Shown: positions 1 to 7,259 of the stretch, one piece after another
How the letters are laid out: each line of letters starts with the position of its first letter
Position numbering within the stretch: position 1 is the stretch's first letter
Virus record (IMG/VR): IMGVR_UViG_3300024187_000015
Coordinates: 1-39,296 of that record
Length of the DNA: 39,296 bases
Reading direction: 5' to 3' (one strand)
From: a virus
Lineage: Duplodnaviria > Caudoviricetes
The notes under the pieces: model-generated
Seen by the model: only the letters and a program-made list of their open reading frames with translations
What the model was told of the DNA's origin: nothing
The model's database searches: none
Position numbers and translations under genes: made by a program

Positions 1-158
1 AGCAGGCCTGGACCCAGGACGAGCTCGCCACGCGCGCGGGCATCAGCAGAAGCACGCTACTCAAGATCGAAGCCGGCGACCACCAGCCACACCCGCCTAC
101 CATCCGCAAGCTCGCGCGCGCGCTGGCTGTCGATCCCGTCCAGCTCACGACCGAGTAA
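1..158 (+). CDS. 3' part of XRE-family HTH regulator 1 (gene wraps from 39118)
   Basis: Reads ...QAWTQDELATRAGISRSTLLKIEAGDHQPHPPTIRKLARALAVDPVQLTTE*, with TAA at 156-158. Canonical XRE helix pattern. Confidence 0.9.
   Translation, partial: QAWTQDELATRAGISRSTLLKIEAGDHQPHPPTIRKLARALAVDPVQLTTE
2..118. repeat. Terminal direct repeat, left copy (circular assembly overlap)
   Basis: 117 bp identical to 39180-39296. Base 1 (a) mismatches 39179 (g). Joining the ends restores one intact XRE gene. Confidence 0.95.
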
Positions 159-200
159 AAAAAGGTTGCCCCGCGCTGCGAGTCTAAAACAGCCGGGGCA
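157..200 (-). terminator. Hairpin plus A7 run between XRE1 and the integrase (intrinsic terminator, best on the minus strand)
   Basis: tgccccg (167-173) pairs with cggggca (194-200). A-run at 157-163 reads as a U-run on the minus strand. Confidence 0.5.
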
Positions 201-241
201 GTGGCAGATCGTAGGAGTGTGAAAGGACTGATAGACCTGCA

Positions 242-1999
242 ATGCCTACTGTACAACCGGCGGCCGACGGTCGAGCTGTGAAAACCATCGGTGTGCTGGT
301 CCGCAACTCGACCGCCAAGCAAGTCGGCAACTACCGATCGGAAGCGCAGTACGACCTGGGCCCACGCGTGGAGCAGCGAGGCTACGCGGTTCGCTACTAC
401 GACGAGCAGGGCACTTCAGGTGCTGACCTGACAAAGCGCAAGAAAGCCATGCAGATGCTCGACGACCTGAAAGCCGGCCAGATCCAGGGCATCGCCGCGT
501 ATGACTTCAAGCGTCTCACGCGTGACGAGTTTGGGATGGATGGCGCCACCATCGCACGCCGCATCGTCGAAGCTCACGCCATCTTCCAGACCTGGGACCG
601 TGAATACAACCTGCGCCTCGACGACGACCTGCTGCAATTCCAGTTCGGCTGCTTCATCGCCGGCATCGACTGGCGCAACATCCGCAATACGCTGTGGAGC
701 GGCACCTTCAAGAAGCTGGAGCAGGAACCGCACTACATGAAGACACCGCTCGGCTACAGGAACGTGGCCGACGACCGCGGTAAGAGCCACGTCGCCAAAA
801 ACCCCGAGCACCAGCACGTCATCGACGCGCTCGCGCGTGCATTCGACGAGTGCGACTCGCTCGCGCAGGTGGCCCGACGTCTCAACACCGAGGGACCTGG
901 CCGCCCCTGGTTCCGCGGCCGCGGGGGAACCAGCACCCACTGGAACGTTTTTGGGCTCAGATACATCCTGCGGAACACGATCTACACCGGCACCTTCACC
1001 TTCGGCGCCGGCCTCAAGGAGCGCTCTACCGTATGGGACCGCTTCGCGTTGGATCCGGCTACCAGCACACCGAAAGACTTCCTGCAGTTCTGCCCTGAGT
1101 TGGCCTACTGGTCAATCGCTCAGGTTCGACGCTGGCGGCGCAAGTTCGACAAGCCGGCCAACGCGCGCGTCATGAAGAACGGCAGCGTGCACGCCCTGAG
1201 CGGCGTGCTGCACTGTGTCGCATGCGGCTCGCGCATGATCAGCCACGGCATCGGCAAGTACGCCTGCTCAGCATTGGGTAGCGGTAAGGGGCGCGGCGGA
1301 CTCGACTGCCCGGCGCCCCAGATACTCACGGAGAGCATCGTCCTGCAGGTCCTGCGCCGCGAGCTCCCCAATGTGCTGGTCGACGCCCAGGACCTGGCTG
1401 CGCGTGCGCGTACCCACATTCTGGAGCACGCTCCATCGGCAGCAGCGCAGCGCCTGGATTTTCTGCAGGAGCGGCTGATGTCGCTCAGCGATTCGCTGAC
1501 TGACGAAAACACGCCGGCCAGCGCGCTCAAGGCGGTCATCGCCCGCATCGCTCAGACCGAGACCGAGATCGCTGCACTGCGCGACCAGGTCGCTGATGAG
1601 GAGGACGCCCGCCTCGGCGACGAGGAGCTGGCCAGGACATGCGAGGTCCTGCTTCGGACCAACACCCTCGAGGTCATCGACCACATGCGCCCGGAGCAGC
1701 AGGGACGCGTGTATTCGATGCTGTTTGCTCAGGTACGGATCGAGACCCAGGGCTTCGCCGCTGGCCGCCAGTGGCGACTCCACTCATACACCGCGCGTCT
1801 GCTCGATGAGCCGCGGATCAGCGACTGGGCACCGTGGGGACGGCTTCCGAATCCCATGTCGAAAGACGATGCTCCAAAGGACGTGCTGGTGTTCGTCGAT
1901 CGGGACGAGCGAACGTTGGCAACCGACATATCCGAACGCGTATATGTCGATTACCTACCCTCGCTTCGTGAACTCGCCGGGGTCTTGACGCCAGCCTGA
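242..1999 (+). CDS. int: Large serine recombinase (phage integrase)
   Basis: N-terminal resolvase motifs VRNST..Q, GTSG, DFKRLTRD; recombinase domain PLGY...ILRNTIYTG; zinc ribbon LSGVLHCVACGSRM..YAC..C; coiled coil. Confidence 0.93.
   Translation: MPTVQPAADGRAVKTIGVLVRNSTAKQVGNYRSEAQYDLGPRVEQRGYAVRYYDEQGTSGADLTKRKKAMQMLDDLKAGQIQGIAAYDFKRLTRDEFGMDGATIARRIVEAHAIFQTWDREYNLRLDDDLLQFQFGCFIAGIDWRNIRNTLWSGTFKKLEQEPHYMKTPLGYRNVADDRGKSHVAKNPEHQHVIDALARAFDECDSLAQVARRLNTEGPGRPWFRGRGGTSTHWNVFGLRYILRNTIYTGTFTFGAGLKERSTVWDRFALDPATSTPKDFLQFCPELAYWSIAQVRRWRRKFDKPANARVMKNGSVHALSGVLHCVACGSRMISHGIGKYACSALGSGKGRGGLDCPAPQILTESIVLQVLRRELPNVLVDAQDLAARARTHILEHAPSAAAQRLDFLQERLMSLSDSLTDENTPASALKAVIARIAQTETEIAALRDQVADEEDARLGDEELARTCEVLLRTNTLEVIDHMRPEQQGRVYSMLFAQVRIETQGFAAGRQWRLHSYTARLLDEPRISDWAPWGRLPNPMSKDDAPKDVLVFVDRDERTLATDISERVYVDYLPSLRELAGVLTPA
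1921..1952. other. Imperfect inverted repeat, candidate attP (or terminator of the 52-aa minus-strand gene)
   Basis: aaccgacatatccg-aacg-cgtatatgtcgatt: 14-bp arms with 2 mismatches, AT-rich relative to the genome. Confidence 0.4.
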
Positions 2000-2109
2000 C
2001 GAGCTGCCAGGACCTGTTCCCTGGCAGCGTCGGCCAACAGCTTGGCCAACTCGTCCAGGAGCTCCTCGCGCGTCGGCGTGGGTGGCACTCGCGGTTTCGA
2101 CTCGGGCAT
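1951..2109 (-). CDS. 52-aa helical protein, candidate recombination directionality factor (not in ORF track)
   Basis: MPESKPRVPPTPTREELLDELAKLLADAAREQVLAARQAGVKTPASSRSEGR*. GC3-rich codons, converges on and overlaps the int 3' end, and has a promoter homologous to 3218-3272. Confidence 0.65.
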   Translation of the reverse strand: MPESKPRVPPTPTREELLDELAKLLADAAREQVLAARQAGVKTPASSRSEGR

Positions 2110-2165
2110 GCCCCACCAGTGTGCGGTGCCTCGCCCCCTGCCGGCGGGTCAAATCTGGACAAATC
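2110..2165 (-). promoter_or_regulatory. Leaderless promoter A with tandem GATTTG-N4-GATTTG site
   Basis: Minus strand: gatttg tcca gatttg acccgccgg N15 cgCACACTgg tggggc ATG. Aligns without gaps up to the -10 with 3218-3272. Confidence 0.65.
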
Positions 2166-2178
2166 GGAAAGTTGTCCG

Positions 2179-2409
2179 CTACTGCAAATCTTCGGGCTTG
2201 ACGCGCAGCGCCTTGGCCAGCTTGCGGACGGTCTGGGGCCAGGCGTTGCGGCCTGCCTCGATCTTGATGATGGTCGTCCGCGAGACCTTGCTCAAGGTCG
2301 CCAGCTCGTCCTGCGAGAGTGCCCGTCGCAAGCGTTGTTCTCGCAGGCGTGGCACAAGCACGTCCGAAGATGATCGTACGCGCGACGCTGACTGCACAGT
2401 GGCGTTCAC
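2179..2409 (-). CDS. XRE-family HTH regulator 2 (true start may be GTG 2361 or 2355)
   Basis: RLREQRLRRALSQDELATLSKVSRTTIIKIEAG...TVRKLAKAL. Paralogous to XRE1, with no peptidase domain. Confidence 0.92.
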   Translation of the reverse strand: MNATVQSASRVRSSSDVLVPRLREQRLRRALSQDELATLSKVSRTTIIKIEAGRNAWPQTVRKLAKALRVKPEDLQ

Positions 2410-2428
2410 GTAGTGCCCAGGTTTATTC

Positions 2429-2504
2429 GTCGTACCGCCTGGTGAGCGGATTTGTCAAGCGCCGGCGCATTCATTGACAGGTAGTGCTTACGTGGCGCTA
2501 ACGT
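2429..2504. promoter_or_regulatory. Back-to-back divergent sigma70-type promoters
   Basis: TTGACA on - (2458-2453) and on + (2474-2479). The -10 candidates are imperfect (TACGAC at 18 nt; TAACGT at 19 nt). Confidence 0.5.
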
Positions 2505-2607
2505 GTTGTTTACCTAAACCGAGGGATTCGTGAAGGGAACTTGGCGCATGCGGCAGTCGCGCCAGGGCACGACGTGGGCACCCGCCGGGCAAACGCGAGC
2601 CGTGAAT

Positions 2608-2626
2608 GGAACATGTGTTCTAAACT
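2608..2626 (+). promoter_or_regulatory. LexA (SOS/Cheo-type) box abutting a -10 hexamer
   Basis: gGAAC-atgt-GTTCt at 2608-2621, with TAAACT at 2621-2626. Matches the GAAC-N4-GTTC box of Bacillota, Actinomycetota and Chloroflexota. Confidence 0.7.
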
Positions 2627-2636
2627 CATCGGTGCC

Positions 2637-3218
2637 ATGGGGGTTGTACGTGGGTGGACGATCGTGCCCTTGCCGGCGACAGGCCAAATTTCAAATGTTT
2701 CCGCATTTGTCCTGCCAGGGCCTATGCCGGTGGCTGACGATGGCAAGCAGCTGCCGATGTTTCCGCAGGACGATCCCGTCAGAGAGCTGCTCTTCAACGT
2801 CATCAAGACCCAGGCCGAGGGGATACGCATGCTCTCGGCGGTCGCTGCGGGCTATCAACAGGAACTCAAAGCGGCGCAGGCGCACGGGTTCCAACTCAAG
2901 CCACGCGACGGCCTTTCGGCTATGCCCGAGCGTGATGGCTATGGCCCGTCAAACAGCAAGCACCGCACGTTCCGTGGCTTCGCGCTCGATTTGCAGCGGC
3001 TCGAACGCATCGTGCGGCGCGACAATCACCTGGAGCACGACGATGGGGTGACCAGGGAAATGCTGTATGCGGTGGGTGCGCCGATGCCCAGGACGATCTG
3101 GAACACGATGAAGGGCTACGGGCTGCGTTCCGACCAATGGCCACCCTCGACGTGGGACGCGAGCGAAGATCGGACCTGGCATTCTCCTCATAGAAACAGG
3201 GGCCGAGGAAAAATCTAG
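2637..3218 (+). CDS. Putative SOS-regulated transcriptional activator or antirepressor with C-terminal Fis-like HTH (start uncertain: 2637 or 2724)
   Basis: In frame with the 2541-3218 ORF, whose 5' part contains the LexA box. VTREMLYAVGAPMPRTIWNTMKGYGL resembles a Fis-type HTH. Confidence 0.55.
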   Translation: MGVVRGWTIVPLPATGQISNVSAFVLPGPMPVADDGKQLPMFPQDDPVRELLFNVIKTQAEGIRMLSAVAAGYQQELKAAQAHGFQLKPRDGLSAMPERDGYGPSNSKHRTFRGFALDLQRLERIVRRDNHLEHDDGVTREMLYAVGAPMPRTIWNTMKGYGLRSDQWPPSTWDASEDRTWHSPHRNRGRGKI

Positions 3219-3272
3219 ATTTGGTCTGATTTGGCCCACCGGGGCCATTGATGCGGACGCATGCTGGGGAGC
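3218..3272 (+). promoter_or_regulatory. Leaderless promoter B with tandem GATTTG-N4-GATTTG site (early operon)
   Basis: gatttg gtct gatttg gcccaccgg N15 cgCATGCTgg ggagc ATG(3273). Homologous to promoter A. Confidence 0.65.
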
Positions 3273-3449
3273 ATGCGCATGCAGGTGGAGGTGCGACGCG
3301 AGGACGAGGACCCGCTGCGCACGCTCGCATTCAACGATCACCGCTCGGTCCGTGAGCAGGCCAGCTATCTACTGCACCTCAAGATCCGTGAAGAGGTAAT
3401 CCGACTCGGCTTAGCACTCGAACCTGAGCCAATCGCCGAGGTCGCGTGA
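3273..3449 (+). CDS. Small ribbon-helix-helix (Arc-like) DNA-binding protein
   Basis: MRMQVEVRREDEDPLRTLAFNDHRSVREQASYLL: strand-helix-'RS'-helix pattern. First gene of a translationally coupled operon. Confidence 0.6.
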   Translation: MRMQVEVRREDEDPLRTLAFNDHRSVREQASYLLHLKIREEVIRLGLALEPEPIAEVA

Positions 3450-3697
3450 GCGACCCGTACTTCCGCTGGCTGCATTACCACCCGGCCGAGGCCGAAGCGT
3501 TGCGCGACGTGCCCGGCGCCGTGGTCAGCGCGCTGTGGGCCGCCGCCGTGAAAGAGGGCCGCCGCGAGGCGCTGCAGGCTTCGGCCTATCAGCAGGTCGT
3601 GCCGCTCTTGCAGGCGCTGCTGGACGAGCTGGTCGAGGACCGCGTGGATGCCGAGTTCGAGGCACTCGAGCCGAGCGCGTACTGGAAGGGGCCCTGA
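3446..3697 (+). CDS. Hypothetical protein
   Basis: GTGA and TGATG overlaps with both neighbours; typical codon usage. Confidence 0.75.
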   Translation: MSDPYFRWLHYHPAEAEALRDVPGAVVSALWAAAVKEGRREALQASAYQQVVPLLQALLDELVEDRVDAEFEALEPSAYWKGP

Positions 3698-4467
3698 TGC
3701 GCGTGCTCAGCCTCGGCGCCGGCGTGCAGTCCAGCACGCTGCTGCTGATGGCGCGCGAGGGCGAGCTGGACGTGGATGCCGCGATCTTCGCTGATACAGG
3801 CTGGGAGCCGGCGTGGGTGTACGAGCATCTCGCCCGACTCGAGGACCACGCGGCAGCAGCAGGTATCCCCGTCTATCGCGTCGGGACGGGCACGCTTCGG
3901 CAGGACGCGCTCGACAACAAGACGATGTCCTGGCAGCCGCTTTACTCAGTCGGTCCGACCGGCGCTCTAGAGCAACTCAAGCGCCAGTGCACGCGCAACT
4001 ACAAAATCCGCCCGATTCGGCGGAAGGTGCTCGAGTTGAACGGCGGGACGAAGCCCCAGGTCGAGCAGCTGATCGGCATCAGTCTCGATGAGTGGCAGCG
4101 CGTACGCGACTCGGACGTGCAGTACATCAGGAACGTCTATCCGCTGATCGACAGGCGCATGACGCGCGCGGACTGCGTCGCCTGGTTGCAGCAGCATGGG
4201 TACCCGATCCCGCGCAAGTCAGCCTGTATTGGTTGCCCGTTGCGTACGAACCGCGAGTGGCGCGAGATTCGCGCTGATCCGGAGTCCTGGCGCGACGCCG
4301 TCGATTTCGATGAGCGGATTAGACGCGTGCGGTCCCGCACGCGTCTGCAGGAGGTCTTCGTCCATCGCGACGGCGTCCCTCTCATTCAGGTCGATCTGCG
4401 TAGCGAGCAGGACCGCGGCCAACTCGAGATGTTCGATGAGGAGTGCGAGGGAGTGTGCGGTGTATGA
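3697..4467 (+). CDS. PAPS-reductase-like PP-loop (adenine nucleotide alpha hydrolase) protein with Cys cluster
   Basis: VLSLGAGVQSS, FADTGWE, RQCT..YKI.PI, IGISLDE, YPLI, KSACIGCP, terminal ECEGVC. The true start is ATG 3697 (TGATG overlap). Confidence 0.8.
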   Translation: MRVLSLGAGVQSSTLLLMAREGELDVDAAIFADTGWEPAWVYEHLARLEDHAAAAGIPVYRVGTGTLRQDALDNKTMSWQPLYSVGPTGALEQLKRQCTRNYKIRPIRRKVLELNGGTKPQVEQLIGISLDEWQRVRDSDVQYIRNVYPLIDRRMTRADCVAWLQQHGYPIPRKSACIGCPLRTNREWREIRADPESWRDAVDFDERIRRVRSRTRLQEVFVHRDGVPLIQVDLRSEQDRGQLEMFDEECEGVCGV

Positions 4468-4787
4468 CTGAGAGTGAGCAGCGGGTGACGTTCCGCAAGC
4501 AGGTCTCCGACGGCAATTACGGGTCGGAGGTGGCCGAGGCGACCGTGTTCGCCGGCGACGACACCGACGAGGCGATCGCCGCGGCACTGGCGACGGCCAG
4601 GCGGCTGGTCCACCAAGAGCTGCGTCAGTCGCCCTCAGCGCAGGTGCGGCGCGCGCTGGACTACCCGCCGCACGAGCGTGAGGAGCGCTGGCGTCAGGCC
4701 GAGCAGAGCGCCGAGGTGGAGCTCGCCGCGGGGCTGCGCGACAACGCGCGCTCGAACTACGACGACGACGAGGACATCCCGCTCTGA
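4464..4787 (+). CDS. Hypothetical protein with acidic DDDEDIPL tail
   Basis: ATGA overlap. Conserved-looking RKQVSDGNYGSEVAE and an SSB-like C-terminal tip. Confidence 0.75.
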   Translation: MTESEQRVTFRKQVSDGNYGSEVAEATVFAGDDTDEAIAAALATARRLVHQELRQSPSAQVRRALDYPPHEREERWRQAEQSAEVELAAGLRDNARSNYDDDEDIPL

Positions 4788-5272
4788 TGGCGCGGCACCT
4801 GGTGGCCAGCGTCATGGTGCTCAGCTCGCTGCTCGGTCTGGCCCGACCGGCCGCGGCGGCCGACCCCGACCCGGACGACGTGGTCGCGCTGGCCGATGAA
4901 GCCGGCGTGGACCAGGTCGACCTGCTCGGCGCGGCGAATGCCACGGGACTCAGCCCGCGGTCGTATTTGTACGCCGTCGGCGAGCTCGAGCGGCCGCGCC
5001 CGCTGGTCCTGCCGCCGCCGCTGAATGCAGCGATCGAGGCGCGGCTCGACTGCATCCAGGCGTACGAGTCGCGTGGCTACGCCGGCGCGGTCAACCGCTC
5101 GAGCGGCGCCAGTGGACTCTTCCAGTTCCTGCCGTCGACGTGGCGCACGACCCCGCAGGGACGGGCTGGGCTCTCCCCCTTCGACGCGGTGGCGGCGCGC
5201 AACGCGGCGCGCTGGATGCTGAACCAGGGGCGCGCGCGCGAGTGGGTGCCGGTGTTGAGGGGCTTGTGTTAG
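4787..5272 (+). CDS. Secreted lysozyme-fold transglycosylase (SceD/IsaA/Rpf-like)
   Basis: Signal peptide ending in an AAA cleavage site; CIQAYESRG...NRSSGASGLFQFLPSTW; C-terminal W and Cys. Confidence 0.8.
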   Translation: MARHLVASVMVLSSLLGLARPAAAADPDPDDVVALADEAGVDQVDLLGAANATGLSPRSYLYAVGELERPRPLVLPPPLNAAIEARLDCIQAYESRGYAGAVNRSSGASGLFQFLPSTWRTTPQGRAGLSPFDAVAARNAARWMLNQGRAREWVPVLRGLC

Positions 5273-5370
5273 CGCTGCAGATCCTGACGATATGGCTGCT
5301 GTTCGGATTGCTGGTGGCACTGCTGTTTGGCGCCGCGATGGGCGCGGGTGGCGGCCGTGACGGACACTGA
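5266..5370 (+). CDS. 34-aa single-TM peptide
   Basis: GTG after GAGGGG; MLALQILTIWLLFGLLVALLFGAAMGAGGGRDGH*. Confidence 0.55.
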   Translation: MLALQILTIWLLFGLLVALLFGAAMGAGGGRDGH

Positions 5371-5449
5371 CGTGCTGCTGGTGGTGGGCTGGCTGGCGGC
5401 GACGGTGTGCGTGTGCATGGCCGTTGCGCGCTGGATGAGGTTGTTCTGA
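5357..5449 (+). CDS. 30-aa single-TM peptide
   Basis: MTDTDVLLVVGWLAATVCVCMAVARWMRLF*; TGATG coupling to the next gene. Confidence 0.55.
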   Translation: MTDTDVLLVVGWLAATVCVCMAVARWMRLF

Positions 5450-5568
5450 TGCGCCTGTCGCGGTCGGTGCTCTATCTGCACGAGGACTTCGCGCCGCGGC
5501 CACAGGCGCGCAAGCGGCCGCTGCTGTACTGGCTGATGCGGCTGCGGCGCTGGTGGCGACGCTGGTGA
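5449..5568 (+). CDS. 39-aa Arg/Trp-rich amphipathic peptide
   Basis: MRLSRSVLYLHEDFAPRPQARKRPLLYWLMRLRRWWRRW*; coupled at both ends. Confidence 0.55.
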   Translation: MRLSRSVLYLHEDFAPRPQARKRPLLYWLMRLRRWWRRW

Positions 5569-5774
5569 CGATGCTCCTCGCGCTCGTGCTGTTCGCTCAG
5601 ACCAGCAACCCGTGGGACGGGAGTTGGAAGTGGTCCACGTATGCCGATCGTGCGGCGTGGGATGTGCTCTGGAAAACGCAGATTGGCGTATATGCCGACG
5701 CGAACTGCGGTCAGCCGTACTTCGGCACCTACTGCAAGAAGGCCGATGGCACCTTCGGTTTTGTGGCGCGGTGA
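5565..5774 (+). CDS. Small exported protein
   Basis: GTGA overlap; hydrophobic N-terminus MTMLLALVLFAQ; two Cys. Confidence 0.65.
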   Translation: MTMLLALVLFAQTSNPWDGSWKWSTYADRAAWDVLWKTQIGVYADANCGQPYFGTYCKKADGTFGFVAR

Positions 5775-6400
5775 TGTACCTGAGCGGCGTGATGACCCAG
5801 ACGTTGCTGGCCAACCCTCGGCCCGAACTCGGCCTGATGTATCAGCCGGGCATGGGCAATGACTCGCGGGCGTTCCCGTTCTGGAAGTTCGCCTGCGACA
5901 ACGGACGCTTCGCCAAGCCTGACGAATGGAACGCTGGCGACTGGCTCGAGTGGCTGGCTGGCCTCCGCCGTTATCGCCAGAACTGCCTGTTCGCCGTGGC
6001 GCCAGACGTGGTCGGCGACGCCGTGGCCACGCTGCAACTGTCGATGCCCTACCTCGAAACGATTCGCCAACTCGGCTACCGCGCGGCGTTCGTCGCCCAG
6101 GACGGCTTTCACGATGCGTTTCCGAACCCGGACACCTTCGACGTGCTGTTCATCGGCGGCCGCGACGAGTGGAAGTTCGCCGAGGATGGGGGCTATGCAT
6201 CTGCACGCTGGGCGCGTTCGCACGGCAAGCCAACGCACCAGGGCCGCGTCAACAGTGAGCGGAGGTTGGTCACGATGATGGTTTCGCTTTTCGATTCGGC
6301 CGACGGCACCTACCTGAAATACGGACCCGACCAGAACTGGTCGCGTCTCAATCGCTGGCTCGACGTGATCCATCACCAATCATGCATGGAGGTGGCATGA
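5774..6400 (+). CDS. TGT-fold (queuine tRNA-ribosyltransferase/DpdA-like) protein
   Basis: ACDNGRF, APDVVGD, AFVAQDG, LFIGG, HQGRVN and DSADGT follow the order of TGT motifs (DSGGF, D, vQG, iGG, HxlG, D..D). Start at ATG 5774. Confidence 0.6.
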   Translation: MYLSGVMTQTLLANPRPELGLMYQPGMGNDSRAFPFWKFACDNGRFAKPDEWNAGDWLEWLAGLRRYRQNCLFAVAPDVVGDAVATLQLSMPYLETIRQLGYRAAFVAQDGFHDAFPNPDTFDVLFIGGRDEWKFAEDGGYASARWARSHGKPTHQGRVNSERRLVTMMVSLFDSADGTYLKYGPDQNWSRLNRWLDVIHHQSCMEVA

Positions 6401-7257
6401 CACAAGCGATCAAGCCGCTGACGGCGGACGTTGGGCTCGAAAAGCAGAGCATCTCGGTGCAGGACCTGGTCGAGCTGACCGGCTTCAACATCGTCGAATT
6501 GGCCGAGATGCGCGGCGAAGGCGGCGTGGCGGCGAATGCCGACAACGCGGGTCTGCTGCGCTTCTGCGTCCAGGCTAAAGCGCGCGGATTGGACCCGCGT
6601 AAGCGGCAGTGCTTCTGGATTCCGCGCGGCGGCAAGTGGACGTTTACGACGTCGATCGACGGGTTCTCGGCGATGGCCGATCGCACCCAGCGTTTTGGCG
6701 GCGCGGACGCGCCCGAGTTCCGCGGCGTGCTCACCGTGAAGGAAGGCCAGCGTGAGATCGATGTGCCGATGCACGCCGAGGTGACGGTGTGGAAGATGGT
6801 CGGCCCCTGGGACCATCCGGTGACGCGGCCCTTCCGCGGCACGGCCGACTGGGCGGAGTTCTATCCGGGCGACGGCGAGGTCGGCCGCATGTGGCGCAAG
6901 ATGCCGAGGAGGATGCTTTCCAAATGCGCGCTCGCGCAGGCCCTGCGTCTGGCGTTCCCCGAGCAGCTGGCGGATGTCGAGCTGGTGGACGAGGGCGCGC
7001 CGGTCGTCGACGTGCAGGAGGCGTACGTGCCGACGGACGTGCGCGAGGTGTCCGACCGCGACCTGGTGCGCGAGCCAACCGAACGGATCTGGCAGCGCTG
7101 GCTCGAGCTGGTGGTGGACGCGGACGACATTGGACTGAGCCCGCCCAAGCTCGAGCTGCCGATCGAGCGGGCCGAGTTGAAACGCCGCGGCAACGAGCTG
7201 GTCACGGCCATCTCCGAGCGCCAGGAGCAGCTCGATAAAGAGGAGGCGGCGGTGTAG
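6397..7257 (+). CDS. bet: Red-beta/RecT-family single-strand annealing protein
   Basis: GLDPRKRQCFWI, TSIDGF..MA.R, WRKMPRRMLSKCALAQALRLAFP. Confidence 0.88.
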   Translation: MTQAIKPLTADVGLEKQSISVQDLVELTGFNIVELAEMRGEGGVAANADNAGLLRFCVQAKARGLDPRKRQCFWIPRGGKWTFTTSIDGFSAMADRTQRFGGADAPEFRGVLTVKEGQREIDVPMHAEVTVWKMVGPWDHPVTRPFRGTADWAEFYPGDGEVGRMWRKMPRRMLSKCALAQALRLAFPEQLADVELVDEGAPVVDVQEAYVPTDVREVSDRDLVREPTERIWQRWLELVVDADDIGLSPPKLELPIERAELKRRGNELVTAISERQEQLDKEEAAV

Positions 7258-7259
7258 GC

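Noticed and set aside
2-118. Physical terminal repeats of the virion DNA
   Set aside because: The repeat lies mid-gene and has an assembly-overlap-like length; more likely a circularisation artefact.
3535-3696. Long N-terminal extensions in the ORF track (3535, 5612, 7385, 12758, 34278, 38458)
   Set aside because: They overlap real upstream genes; coupled starts at 3697, 5774, 7520, 13280, 34344 and 38344 fit better.
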